Source: Planctomycetota bacterium
GTDB taxonomy: Bacteria > Planctomycetota > UBA8108 > SXIK01
Direction: 5' to 3'
DNA: 64,000 nucleotides
NCBI GenBank assembly: GCA_965223845.1
Contig: CBDCXR010000004.1
Span: 6,432,001 to 6,496,000 of the forward strand
The translations under genes were made by a program, and so were the position numbers. Shown here in pieces: positions 28,315 to 38,396 of the stretch (position 1 is the first letter of the stretch; every line of letters begins with the position of its first letter). The notes under the pieces were generated by a model. It saw only the letters and a list, made by a program, of their open reading frames with translations, did not search any database and was not told where the DNA came from.

Positions 28315-29832
28315 CTAGTCGTGCACGAGCACTAGAAACGCAACGAACTCCACGTCACCCCCATCGCACGCCGGGAAACCGTACACCTGGATGAGGTCCC
28401 CCATGCCGAGGGATCCGAGGGGAATGACGTCGTTCTCGCCGCCGCGGAGGTCGAGGACGACCGCCGTGTCGAGCACGTCGACGAGTATGCCGTTGAGCAT
28501 GAGGCGCCGTTCGACCGGGTCGACCGCCTCGAGGGGACCCTCGAGCCGATCCGGCGAGATGATCACCTTCCGCGCGATCCCGGGATCCGTCGCGTCCGGC
28601 TCGATCGCGACGTCGATCGGACCGCAGTCGAGGAGCTCGTCGAGCTCCACGAAGGTGATCGGTCCGCGTCCGCTGATCTCGACGGATTCACCGCTCGGGA
28701 GGAGGTAGCTCACCGTCTCCTCCGCACCTTCGGGCCGAACGGCGAGCTCGTGTCCGCCCTCCGTCGGCGCGACCGAGATCAGCTCACCGACGATACGATT
28801 CCGAACGAGAATACAGTGGGCGAGGAGAACGCCCTCGGCGTCGAGGTGCTTTCCGCGGACCCGCACTTCGGCACCGGGCTGGATCGCTTCCGGGCCGACG
28901 CGTTCGTCGCAACCCTGCAGGATGATCGTGTTGTCCGACAGGCGGACCGTCAAATCGCCGTCTTCGAAGTCACCGTCTTCGACGCGGAGGAGGAATTCGC
29001 CGTCAGTGACCTCGCTCTGTGCGATCCCGCGCGCCCGCTCCGTTTCGCCGACGACGATGATCGAGGCGAGGATGCGCCCGTCCGAGGTCAGCGGGCCGCG
29101 GACGGTCGCACGAACGTCGAGCGGCAAATCTTCGGGCGCGATCGGTTCGCCGGCCGCGTTGAACACGATCGTTTCGTCGTCGATGATGATTTCCGCGTGA
29201 CCGCGATCGGAACCGAAGTCGAGGAGGAGACCGTCGACGAGACCGTCCGTCTCGAAGCGCTCGGCGATGCGCCCTTCGAGCGTGCGCGGACAGCCGTCCG
29301 TGCCGTGCCGAATGTCGACGAACGCGACCGGCCGAAAGATGCACTTTCCGGAGTTTCCGGCTTGGTGTAGGTGGATCGACTTATTCGCGTCTATGTCGAG
29401 GCGGATCTCGAGCGTCTCCCCTCCGATGACGCGGAATGGACCGCGCGGGTTGAGGTCGAGCTTGCCGCTCGGGAGCTTCATGGTGAGATCTTCGCACGGG
29501 CCGCCGATCGCACGGAGACGCGAGACGCGAAGCCGGACCTTGTGGTAGGTGCCGGACGGGACCTCCTCCACCGCGAGCAGAAAGTCCTCGTCGCGCAGGT
29601 CGAGAATGTCGACCTCTTTCCCGTCGGCCGATTCGTACACGGTGATGGGGTGTCCTTCACCGAGGAGCGAAACTTCGTGGATGGTGAGGAAGATGTGGTC
29701 GTAGTCGGCCGGACCGTCCGCGACGAGCACGGCGACCTGGCCGGTCTGAGAACCGCCCGATCCACCACCGCCGCAGCCCACGGCGACGAAGAGTGCACAA
29801 CAGATGAGGGTTTCGAGGCAGCGTCGTGGCAT
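28315..29832 (-). CDS. Lipoprotein with DUF4382 domain and DUF5666-like OB-fold repeats
   Basis: Lipobox LFVAVGC followed by GGGGSGG linker; VLVADGP, VPSGTYHKVRL, KLPSGKLDL, LDIDANKS; repeated G-x-I...V-x-V-x-G modules. Confidence 0.75.
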   Translation of the reverse strand: MPRRCLETLICCALFVAVGCGGGGSGGSQTGQVAVLVADGPADYDHIFLTIHEVSLLGEGHPITVYESADGKEVDILDLRDEDFLLAVEEVPSGTYHKVRLRVSRLRAIGGPCEDLTMKLPSGKLDLNPRGPFRVIGGETLEIRLDIDANKSIHLHQAGNSGKCIFRPVAFVDIRHGTDGCPRTLEGRIAERFETDGLVDGLLLDFGSDRGHAEIIIDDETIVFNAAGEPIAPEDLPLDVRATVRGPLTSDGRILASIIVVGETERARGIAQSEVTDGEFLLRVEDGDFEDGDLTVRLSDNTIILQGCDERVGPEAIQPGAEVRVRGKHLDAEGVLLAHCILVRNRIVGELISVAPTEGGHELAVRPEGAEETVSYLLPSGESVEISGRGPITFVELDELLDCGPIDVAIEPDATDPGIARKVIISPDRLEGPLEAVDPVERRLMLNGILVDVLDTAVVLDLRGGENDVIPLGSLGMGDLIQVYGFPACDGGDVEFVAFLVLVHD

Positions 29833-30110
29833 GGAAGAGATCTCCAGTGCGATCCGGCCTTTCGGCGAGCCGCGCGGTTCAGAGTGGTAACGAGATGGAG
29901 TGCCCCGAGGTCTTCACGGCAAGCCGCGTGCCCGCTAGCGGAATCCTGCGTCGAAGCGTTCTAAGTGCTTTTGCCGACACGAGCCGCTCAGTCGGCGCGG
30001 ATTGTACCGGAACTTGGCGACTCGCGCGAACCGTCCAAGAAACGGTCGGCGGGTAGAAAACGGGTGACCCGGAATGTTCTCGCCCGCGAGGACGTTCGAC
30101 GGGGCCCGAA

Positions 30111-31583
30111 TCACTCTCCGGCGAGACGCCGCAGCAAGCGAACGAGAAACTCGATCAATTCGCCGTAGTTCTCGACGGAGATGCGTTCGTTCACCCCGTG
30201 AATCGACGATTTCGTCGCGTCCGTCACCCACAGCGGAAGGAAGCGGTAGACGTCGTCGGCGATCTTCGCGTAGTGGCGCGAGTCGGTCGCCCCGAACACG
30301 AGATACGGCGCAACGATCACATTCGGGAAAGACTCGCTGATCGTGTGCTGGAGGGCACGAAAGGCACGTGAATCGGTGGACGAGACGGGCGACGGTTCCG
30401 TGCTCGCCCCGACCGACTCGATGCGAATCTCCGGCCCGACGATTTCGCGCAAGCGATCGAGCGTTGTCGCCACCGTCTCGCCCGGCAAGATGCGCAGATT
30501 GACGACGGCCCGCGCGGACTCGGGGAGCACGTTGTCCTTCACGCCGGCGTCGAGGATCGTCGGCGCGACGGTGGTCCGGACGAGAGCGGCCGTCGTCGTG
30601 TCGGCTGCGAGCGAGCCCTCGACGAGCGGCCGAGAGAGCCAAAGGTTCGCGGCGCCCAAGCGAACGGCGTAGGAAGATTCGGGCGCGAGAAACGCGAGCA
30701 TCTCCTCCGTCGCTCCGCTCATCTGAGTCGGGAACGGATCCGCTTCGATCGCGGCGATCGCTCGCGCGACGGCGCCGATCGCCGTCTTCTTCGGAGGCGT
30801 CGACGAGTGTCCACCCGTCGCCTCCGCGCGGAGCTCGACGCTCAAGTAACCCTTCTCCGCGATACCGACCAGCGCAACGGGCCGATCGACAACGGTCAAG
30901 ATGCGCTCTGCGATGAAGCCGCCCTCATCGACCACGTATTCGAACTGAATCCCGCGAGCGCGAAGCCTCTCGGCGATCGCTCCGTTTCCGCGCGCCCCAC
31001 CGGTTTCCTCGTCGTGGCCAAAGGCGAAGTAGATGGTTTGCGCGGGTTGAAATCCCTCGGCGATGAGGTGTTCGATCGCTTCGAACAGTCCGAACACGCC
31101 GCTTTTCACGTCGAGCGCGCCGCGCCCCCAAATCGTTCCGGCTGCCAGCACTCCGCCGAACGGAGGATGCTTCCAACTCTCGGCCGTGCGCGGGTCGGCC
31201 GGCACGACGTCGAGATGCGACATGAAGAGACCCGGCGCGCGAGTGGAGTCGCTTCCGTCCCAACGAAAGAGAAGGCTGTATTCGTTCACGACCTCGCGCG
31301 CGAGCTCGCGATGCGTCGCGGGGAAGACCTGCTCGAGGTAGCGATGGAGCAGAAGGAACGGCGCGGTCGATTCGGGCGCTCCGCCGGCGGAAGCGATCGT
31401 TTCAAGCTGGATCCCCTTCGCGAGAACTTGGCTCGCACCGACGGCGTCGACCTCGATCGGGGTCCCCGGCGGGACGGCGATCTGACGCGAAGGGAGACGC
31501 GCGGTGCGAACGACGAGGATCGCGGCGAGCAGGGCGGCGATGGAGAGGACGAAAACGATGACTCGCCGGAGGTATTTTCTCAT
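30111..31583 (-). CDS. M20 family peptidase (carboxypeptidase S / PM20D1-like)
   Basis: SHLDVVP, WGRGALDVK, GHDEE, VDEGG, GGHSSTPP, GATDSRHY, IHGVNERI; N-terminal membrane anchor. Confidence 0.93.
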   Translation of the reverse strand: MRKYLRRVIVFVLSIAALLAAILVVRTARLPSRQIAVPPGTPIEVDAVGASQVLAKGIQLETIASAGGAPESTAPFLLLHRYLEQVFPATHRELAREVVNEYSLLFRWDGSDSTRAPGLFMSHLDVVPADPRTAESWKHPPFGGVLAAGTIWGRGALDVKSGVFGLFEAIEHLIAEGFQPAQTIYFAFGHDEETGGARGNGAIAERLRARGIQFEYVVDEGGFIAERILTVVDRPVALVGIAEKGYLSVELRAEATGGHSSTPPKKTAIGAVARAIAAIEADPFPTQMSGATEEMLAFLAPESSYAVRLGAANLWLSRPLVEGSLAADTTTAALVRTTVAPTILDAGVKDNVLPESARAVVNLRILPGETVATTLDRLREIVGPEIRIESVGASTEPSPVSSTDSRAFRALQHTISESFPNVIVAPYLVFGATDSRHYAKIADDVYRFLPLWVTDATKSSIHGVNERISVENYGELIEFLVRLLRRLAGE

Positions 31584-31656
31584 GTCACCTCAGCTCGCAA
31601 TCGGCGCGCGAGACGGGCACGGGAACGGGTGAAGGGATGGACTCCCGAGTGACTTT

Positions 31657-33126
31657 CTACGCAATCAAGCCGTGATGCACCCGTGCCTCACCCGTCGGCC
31701 CGACGAGACGCTCGTCGAGACCGCGGTGGCGATACTTGAGCTCCTGCGCGTCGAATCCACAGAGGTGAAGAATCGTCGCCTGGAGATCGTGGACGCTCAT
31801 CCGATTCTCGGTCGCGTAGTAGCCGAGCTCGTCGGTCGCGCCGTAGGAAAGACCGCCGCGGATGCCGCCGCCCGCCATCCAGATGGTCATGCAGTGCGGA
31901 TGGTGATCGCGTCCGATGAACTGGCCGTACGAGCCGCCGCGATTCTCGCGCATCGACGTTCGGCCGAACTCGCCGCTCCAAACAACGAGCGTTTCGTCGA
32001 GGAGCCCGCGCGCCTTGAGGTCTTGAATGAGCGCCGCAATCGGGCGGTCCATGCCGCGGCACTTGTTCGGAAGGTGCTTCACGATGTCCGTATCTCGGCT
32101 CACACCGTGAAAATCCCAGCCCCAGTCGAAGAGCTGGACGTACCGCACTCCGCGCTCGACCAGTCGTCGCGCGAGGAGACAGTTGTTTGCGAACGATCCC
32201 GGTCCAGGCTTCGCGCCGTAGAGTTCGAGCGTCGCGTCGGACTCTCTCGAGATGTCCATCACCTCGGGGACGGCGATCTGCATCCGGTACGCGAGCTCGT
32301 ACTGCGCGATGCGCGTGAGCGTCTCGGGGTCGCCGTACTCTTCGAGCTCGATCTGATTCAGGCGCTGGAGCGCGTCGAGACTTCGTCGACGCACCCCGCG
32401 GTCGATACCCTTCGGATTCGATGCGTAGAGAATCGGATCTCCGCTCGAGCGACACTGGACGCCTTGGTAGACGGTCGGCAGATACCCGGTGCTCCACAGA
32501 CTCTTCCCGCCGCTCGGATCCGTTCCCCCAGAAAGTAGAACAACGAAGCCCGGTAGGTCGTCGGCTTCCGAGCCCAGGCCGTAGGTGAGCCACGAACCCA
32601 TCGAAGCGCCGCCGAAGCGGGGCGTTCCCGTGTAGAGATAGAGCTGCGCCGGGGCGTGATTGAACTCCGTGGTGTACATCGAGCGGATGACGGCGACGTC
32701 GTCGATGACTTCGCTCATTCGCGGGAGGAGCTCCGAGACGAGAGTCCCTGAGTTCCCGCGCGGCTCGAAGTGGTAGGGCGTGCCGAGCATCTTCGGGCGT
32801 CCCTGAATGAACGCAAAGCGAGCGTTCTCGAGAAAGCTCTCGGGACAGAGCTGATCACTGAGCTCGACGAGCTTCGGCTTGTAGTCGAAGAGCTCCTGCT
32901 GCGGCGGCGAGCCGGCCATGTGTAGATAGATGACCCGCTTCGCGCGCGGTGCGAAATGTGGTCCGAGTAGCGGCGCGGCGCCATCGTCACTCGCGAGTGA
33001 CGCGCGCTCCTTTCCGAGGAGCGAGCTGAGGGCGAGCGCGCCGATACCGGCGGTCGACCGCCGAAAGAAATGCCGACGGGTGACGGCGCGAATGCGCGCG
33101 AGCTCGGTTTCTCGGTGAATGTTCAT
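31657..33126 (-). CDS. DUF1501 domain protein (Tat-exported)
   Basis: TRRHFF Tat motif; AKRVIYLHMAGSPPQQELFDYKP; NCLLARRLVERGVRYVQ; WSGEFGRT; GRDHHP. Confidence 0.95.
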   Translation of the reverse strand: MNIHRETELARIRAVTRRHFFRRSTAGIGALALSSLLGKERASLASDDGAAPLLGPHFAPRAKRVIYLHMAGSPPQQELFDYKPKLVELSDQLCPESFLENARFAFIQGRPKMLGTPYHFEPRGNSGTLVSELLPRMSEVIDDVAVIRSMYTTEFNHAPAQLYLYTGTPRFGGASMGSWLTYGLGSEADDLPGFVVLLSGGTDPSGGKSLWSTGYLPTVYQGVQCRSSGDPILYASNPKGIDRGVRRRSLDALQRLNQIELEEYGDPETLTRIAQYELAYRMQIAVPEVMDISRESDATLELYGAKPGPGSFANNCLLARRLVERGVRYVQLFDWGWDFHGVSRDTDIVKHLPNKCRGMDRPIAALIQDLKARGLLDETLVVWSGEFGRTSMRENRGGSYGQFIGRDHHPHCMTIWMAGGGIRGGLSYGATDELGYYATENRMSVHDLQATILHLCGFDAQELKYRHRGLDERLVGPTGEARVHHGLIA

Positions 33127-33168
33127 GGCTGCGTGTCGCTTGTGACGGCCTCGAACCAACTGCTCTCT

Positions 33169-36100
33169 TTACCGCTTGGTCAGCACCGCGTCGAGATTGA
33201 GAACGACGTTTGCAACGACCGTCCACGCCGCCGCGTCGTGGACGTCGACCCCGGATGGAAGTGCGCCGAGCGGATCCGTAGCGATCGCTTCTGCGGCGTC
33301 GACGTGAGTTTCGTAGTGCTTTCTCTCGCTCTCGAAGAGTCCGGCGAGCGTGGCGATCTGCTCGCCGCTCGGCGGACGGGCGAGCGCGAGACGAAGCGCG
33401 AACGCCGCGCGATCGTGCGTCGATTCTCCGCCTTCCCGAAGGATTCGTCGCCCGAGCGCTTGTGCGGCTTCGACGAACCCGGGGTCATTCAGAGTGACGA
33501 ACGCCTGGAGCGGAGTATTTGTCGGCGTGCGGCGGAGTGTGCACACTTCGCGGCTCGGCGCGTCGAACGTCGCCATCGACGGGTACGGGACGGTGCGCCG
33601 CCAAAAGGTGTAGAGGCCTCGGCGGTAACGATCTTCGCCCGTGCTGGTCGGCCATTTGCGGTCGCCGTTGAACGCCGCGCGCCAGAGGCCGGGCGGCTGC
33701 GGGGGGTACACCGATGGTCCGCCGATCTTTCGGCTGAGTAGTCCCGCGATGGCGAGAGCCTGATCGCGGACCATTTCCGCCTCGAGTCGCCCGCTCGGTC
33801 CCCGCGCGAGGAGTCGGTTCGCGGGGTCCCGAGTGCGGAGCTCCTTCGAGGCGCGTGATGACTGGCGATAGGTCGAGGAGAGAACGATTGAGCGAACGAA
33901 TCGTTTCATGTCCCAATCGGTGCGAAAGTCGCTCGCGAGCCAATCGAGGAGCTCGGGGTGGCTCGGCGCTTCGCCTTGCTTCCCGAAGTCTTCCTCCGTG
34001 CGAACGAGGCCCGTTCCGAAGATTCGCGCCCAGAATCGGTTGACGGTGACGCGCGCCGTGAGCGGATTGTCGCTCGAGAGCAGCCAGCGCGCGACGCCGA
34101 GTCGATTCGCGGGAGCATCGCTTGGGAGTGTGCCGAACGCCGCCGGAACCGCCGCGGAAACCTCGTCTCCGGGAGTGAGGAAGTTGCCGCGCGTCATCAC
34201 TCGCGTGGTCCGGCGTTTTTTCCCTTCGAGCTCGTTGAGGACCGGCGTCCGAGGGGCGTTTCTCTCGAGTTCGGTGATTCTCGTTCGGATCGGCGCCATC
34301 TTCCCGTCGACGCGAAGAAAACGCCGGAGAACTAGCCGAAGCGCTTCCCCGAGCGCTTCGCGATCCGCGGCGGTACGCTCGGACGGCGAAATCGCAAGGA
34401 GCTTCGACGCGGCGACAGGAGCAACGGGGACCGGGGTACGCCCGCGAAGAACGGAAACGCGGACGCGCGGCAGCGACCCTCCGCCTGGGGCACTCAAGCG
34501 CAGCGAGATGGCGAGTTCGGAATCGCCCGCGGGCAAAGGCTCGGAGACCGGGAACACCGCCACGAATCGCCGGGTCGACGTCGCGTCGCCGGCCCAGCCC
34601 GAGTCTTCGCTCGCATCGTCGCGTACCGCGTTCGCGATCGACCACTTCGCGGCTTCGGAGTTCGCGCTCGGAGCCGTCAGGGCGATCGATCGCGCACCGT
34701 CGGGCGCGAATGCGACGCTCGTCGCCGGCGCCTTGTCCTCGCGACTCTGCCACACGGGCGTTCGATCTTCGTCGAGGATCAGAACGCGAAAACCGTCGAG
34801 TCGAGACTGGAGTCGGTTGTCCGTCCGATTCCACACCGCGATGCGCCCGAGGTCCCGCACCTCGCCGAGGTCGACCTCCCACCACGGGTCGCTCTCGAGT
34901 TTCGTGTGCGTCGTCGACATCGCCTCCGAGTAGTTGCCGTTCGTGTTGCCGTCGATCGCGAGCTCGGCCGGTCCACCGAAGTCCGTGCTCGACTGGCGAG
35001 CCTTCCCGCGCCGCGCGATGTTCTCCGCCCCGCTGAAGACTTCGACCTCGGCGAGCGAGAGCATACGCGAGTTGCCCGGAAGCTCGATCCGAACGAATCG
35101 ACCGCGGAGCGCTCCGCCGCCCGCGGGTCGATAGCTCGCGCCGAACCGATGGACGATGAACGGAAGCGCGACCGTTGGATCACCCTCCGGAGGTTCACTA
35201 CCCGAAGAGGACGGGAACACGTCGAGACGAAAGCCGCTGATGTCCCGCGTGTCGAGATTCACCCGCAGGTCGTACGAAACGGCTCCCAGCGCGGATTCCT
35301 TCGGAGCTGCGCCGACGACGAGCTCGCCGTCCTCGCGCGCATCGACCGCGACGCCGCGATCCGCGGTGAGCCTCTCGAACGCTAGCGGCACCCACGACTT
35401 CTCATCGAGTTCGCGTTCGCGCTCCCAGCGCTCGAGCGCGGCGTTCCTCTCCGCGCCGGAGCGCGGAGCGAGCCGAAGCCGCTCGAGCTCGCGCTCGAGC
35501 GCGGCGAGCTCCCGCTGCTGCGCCTCCGTCGGAGTCTTGATCCGCGGACGTTCGTCTCCCTTGTCGCTGTCGGCGGTGTTGTTGAAGAAGGCGTAGAATT
35601 CGTAGTACTCCCGCTGGGTGATCGGGTCGAACTTGTGCGAATGGCACTGCGCACAGCCCATCGTGAGGCCCATCCAGACCTGAGCCGTCGTGCTGACGCG
35701 ATCCTTCACCGCGATGACACGAAATTCCTCGTCGTCCGTCCCGCCTTCATCGTTAGCGAGTGTGTTTCGGTGAAACGCCGTCGCGAGAATCTGGTCTACC
35801 GTCGCGTTCGGGAGAAGATCGCCCGCGAGCTGTTCGGTCGTGAACTCGTTGAAGGGGATGTTCCGATTGAAAGCGTCGATCACCCAGTCGCGATAGCGCC
35901 AAATGGATCGCAACGGGTCCGAGCCGTAGCCCTTCGAGTCGGCGTAGCGAGCGAGATCGAGCCAGACGCGGGCCCAGCGTTCGCCGTAAGCCGGCGACGC
36001 GAGCAGACGGTCGACGAGTCGCTCGTAGGCGTCCGCTTGGGTGTCGCCGATGAACGCCGCGACTTCGTCGGGAGCCGGAGGAAGTCCAGTGAGGTCGAGG

Positions 36101-36687
36101 CTCGCGCGTCGAATGAGCGTGTAGCGGTCGGCTTCGGGAGCTGGTCGTAAGCCTTCGGCTTCGAGTCGACGAAGAACGAATCGATCGATGGGATGTCGGG
36201 CCCAAGACTCATCGCGAACGCTCGGCGGTTCGGGCGTGCGAATCGGTCGAAACGACCAGTGAGTCGGCGCGGCGTTGTCGTCCGCGAGTCGTAGCTCGCT
36301 CGGCCACTCGGCGCCGGAGTCGATCCACGCTCCGATGGTCTCGATCTCCGCCGGCGTCAAGACGGGGCCCTTTCGCGGCATGCGTTCGCCGGGATCGGTG
36401 CTCACGAGGCGCCGGAAGAGCTCGCTCTCGTTGCGCGAGCCCGTGGTGATCGCGCGGCCGGAGTCTCCCCCCGCGATCGCCGGGGCACGACGATCTAGGC
36501 GGTAACCGCCCTTGCGCTCGGCCGGTCCGTGGCAGCCGACGCAGCGTGACGTGAGAATCGGCGCGACGTCGCGCCGGAAATCGACCTTCCCGCCGGCCTC
36601 GTCGGCGGATCCGCGTGCATCGCGAGCGCCGATGAGGAGAAGGATGGCGGTGACGGTGACGGTGAGTCGAGTTCGTCGGTTGTTCAT
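33169..36687 (-). CDS. PSCyt1 + DUF1549 + inserted F5/8 / F-type lectin domain + DUF1553 protein
   Basis: VDFRRDVAPILTSRCVGCH; YGERWARVWLDLARYADS; CAQCHSHKFDP; AIDGNT...HT...WWEVDLG...NRTD; NPLTARVTVNRFW; TNTPLQA. Confidence 0.93.
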   Translation of the reverse strand: MNNRRTRLTVTVTAILLLIGARDARGSADEAGGKVDFRRDVAPILTSRCVGCHGPAERKGGYRLDRRAPAIAGGDSGRAITTGSRNESELFRRLVSTDPGERMPRKGPVLTPAEIETIGAWIDSGAEWPSELRLADDNAAPTHWSFRPIRTPEPPSVRDESWARHPIDRFVLRRLEAEGLRPAPEADRYTLIRRASLDLTGLPPAPDEVAAFIGDTQADAYERLVDRLLASPAYGERWARVWLDLARYADSKGYGSDPLRSIWRYRDWVIDAFNRNIPFNEFTTEQLAGDLLPNATVDQILATAFHRNTLANDEGGTDDEEFRVIAVKDRVSTTAQVWMGLTMGCAQCHSHKFDPITQREYYEFYAFFNNTADSDKGDERPRIKTPTEAQQRELAALERELERLRLAPRSGAERNAALERWERERELDEKSWVPLAFERLTADRGVAVDAREDGELVVGAAPKESALGAVSYDLRVNLDTRDISGFRLDVFPSSSGSEPPEGDPTVALPFIVHRFGASYRPAGGGALRGRFVRIELPGNSRMLSLAEVEVFSGAENIARRGKARQSSTDFGGPAELAIDGNTNGNYSEAMSTTHTKLESDPWWEVDLGEVRDLGRIAVWNRTDNRLQSRLDGFRVLILDEDRTPVWQSREDKAPATSVAFAPDGARSIALTAPSANSEAAKWSIANAVRDDASEDSGWAGDATSTRRFVAVFPVSEPLPAGDSELAISLRLSAPGGGSLPRVRVSVLRGRTPVPVAPVAASKLLAISPSERTAADREALGEALRLVLRRFLRVDGKMAPIRTRITELERNAPRTPVLNELEGKKRRTTRVMTRGNFLTPGDEVSAAVPAAFGTLPSDAPANRLGVARWLLSSDNPLTARVTVNRFWARIFGTGLVRTEEDFGKQGEAPSHPELLDWLASDFRTDWDMKRFVRSIVLSSTYRQSSRASKELRTRDPANRLLARGPSGRLEAEMVRDQALAIAGLLSRKIGGPSVYPPQPPGLWRAAFNGDRKWPTSTGEDRYRRGLYTFWRRTVPYPSMATFDAPSREVCTLRRTPTNTPLQAFVTLNDPGFVEAAQALGRRILREGGESTHDRAAFALRLALARPPSGEQIATLAGLFESERKHYETHVDAAEAIATDPLGALPSGVDVHDAAAWTVVANVVLNLDAVLTKR

Positions 36688-36802
36688 CGGCGAGTCGTCG
36701 CTAAGGGTGGAAATGGAGTCTCCTCCAGGTGTCCGGGCGATGCAAGCGTCCACTCACCCGCGGTACCATCGCTCGAACGATCGACGACCGGGAGATGTAT
36801 TG

Positions 36803-38017
36803 ATGCGACGATCCTCGTACGCCGCCATCGCGACCGCTGCGCTCGCTGCACTCGTGTGCACGGCGGGTGGGTCGAGCTCGACGGGAGAGGGTGATCCGGC
36901 GGAGCGCCGTCCGTGTTCGGCGCTCGAGCGCTCGCACCTCGACCGTTCACCCGAGCTCGGCACGCGCTTCCTACTCGCTCACATTCAACCCGCGGGAAAC
37001 TTCGCGTACGAGTACGACTGGCATCGCCGAACGTTCAGTGAAGACGACAATCCAGTTCGCCAGGCGGGTGCTCTTTGGTCGCTCGCGCTCATCTATCAGG
37101 ACGGCCGAGATCCAGAGGTTGCGCGCGGGGTCGAGCGAGTGCTCGCGTTCTTCGAGAAACACTCGCGCCTCACAACGAAGGGCGAGCGGTACACGGTCTA
37201 TCCGGGCGTCGAAAGCGGGCGGCTCGGAACCGTTGCGCTGGTCGCGCTCGCCTCGCTCGACTACTGGCGCGCGCTCGAATCGACCGGCGCGGATCCGGAA
37301 CGCGCGCGGGCCGTGCGCGCTCGCCTCGACGAGTATCTCGCCTACCTCGTCCGCGTCCGCCGCAAAGACGGAAGTTGGCCCCAGTCCTACCACCATTCGA
37401 CGGGGAAGGGTTTCGGTTCGAGCTCCCCCTACTTCGACGGCGAAGCCCTGCTCGCGCTCGCGAAGGCGGCGCGCTACGCAGGGCGTGAAGACTTTCGCGA
37501 GCTCGCGATCGCATCCGCGAACTCCGGGCGTCGCCGCTGGGTGACGGAAGCGCTCGTGCGCGATCCCGACTCGTCGAAAACGAAGGGATACTACCAGTGG
37601 GGGTCGATGGCGTTCTATGAGCTCGCAACGAGCGGCTGGCCCGAAGGGCGCGAGTTTGGCGGAACGGTGCTCGACCTCGCCGATTGGATGATCGATGTCC
37701 ACCGAACCCTCCAGCGCCGGCGCAACACCGGCTACGCGTATGAGGGAATCGTGCACGCCTACCGACTCGCATCAGAGCGGGGGGATGCGCGTGCGGAGAA
37801 ATACCGCTGCACGATCGAGCTCGGCATGGAGAAGCTGACGAGCTGGCAAGTCGGAAGTCCGATCGCAAACGCCCACATTCGCTCGGGGCCTTCGCCGAGC
37901 GCGCTCGCGATCGGCGGAGTCCAAAACCACGCACGGGAACCGGGGCTTCGGATCGACGTCACTCAACATCAGATGCACGCGGTAATCCTCGCGCGGCGAT
38001 GGGTGTTCGGTCGCTAG
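36803..38017 (+). CDS. Exported uncharacterised (alpha/alpha)6-barrel-like protein
   Basis: Signal peptide; GNFAYEYD...NPVRQAGALWSL, YFDGEALLAL, RIDVTQH motifs; helix-repeat pattern. Confidence 0.65.
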   Translation: MRRSSYAAIATAALAALVCTAGGSSSTGEGDPAERRPCSALERSHLDRSPELGTRFLLAHIQPAGNFAYEYDWHRRTFSEDDNPVRQAGALWSLALIYQDGRDPEVARGVERVLAFFEKHSRLTTKGERYTVYPGVESGRLGTVALVALASLDYWRALESTGADPERARAVRARLDEYLAYLVRVRRKDGSWPQSYHHSTGKGFGSSSPYFDGEALLALAKAARYAGREDFRELAIASANSGRRRWVTEALVRDPDSSKTKGYYQWGSMAFYELATSGWPEGREFGGTVLDLADWMIDVHRTLQRRRNTGYAYEGIVHAYRLASERGDARAEKYRCTIELGMEKLTSWQVGSPIANAHIRSGPSPSALAIGGVQNHAREPGLRIDVTQHQMHAVILARRWVFGR

Positions 38018-38038
38018 GCTTATTGGTCGAAAGAGAGG

Positions 38039-38386
38039 AGAGTTTCACACGAAGAGCGCGAAGGGGACGCGAAGGAAGACGAAGGGAGATCGGAAATGAT
38101 GTGAAAAGGAGATCGAGTTTCGTGGTCCAGAATTCAGAGGGGCAGACGATCGAGCACCCGGAGCTCGATACTCAGGGGTCTCCCACTGCGCCTCGATCAT
38201 CCCAGCCCTCCGATGCGAGAGACTCAAACGACCGTACTCCGCGATCGTGCTTCCTCGCGAGTCGATCGGAGATTCGGACCGCCGGAATCGAAAATCGCGA
38301 CCTAGCCCGTTCTCAATCTCCCTCTCATTTTCATTCTTAATTCCCATTCTCCTTCGTCTTCCTTCGCGCTCTTCGTGTGAAACTCT
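38039..38386. mobile_element. MITE/REP-like non-coding element with 26-bp perfect terminal inverted repeats
   Basis: agagtttcacacgaagagcgcgaagg (38039-38064) is the exact reverse complement of 38361-38386; lies between convergent genes; no credible internal CDS; no target-site duplication seen. Confidence 0.65.
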
Positions 38387-38396
38387 TGACAGAGGT

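Noticed and set aside
38039-38386. CRISPR array or autonomous IS
   Set aside because: Repeats are inverted or dispersed rather than regularly spaced direct repeats; no cas or transposase ORF.
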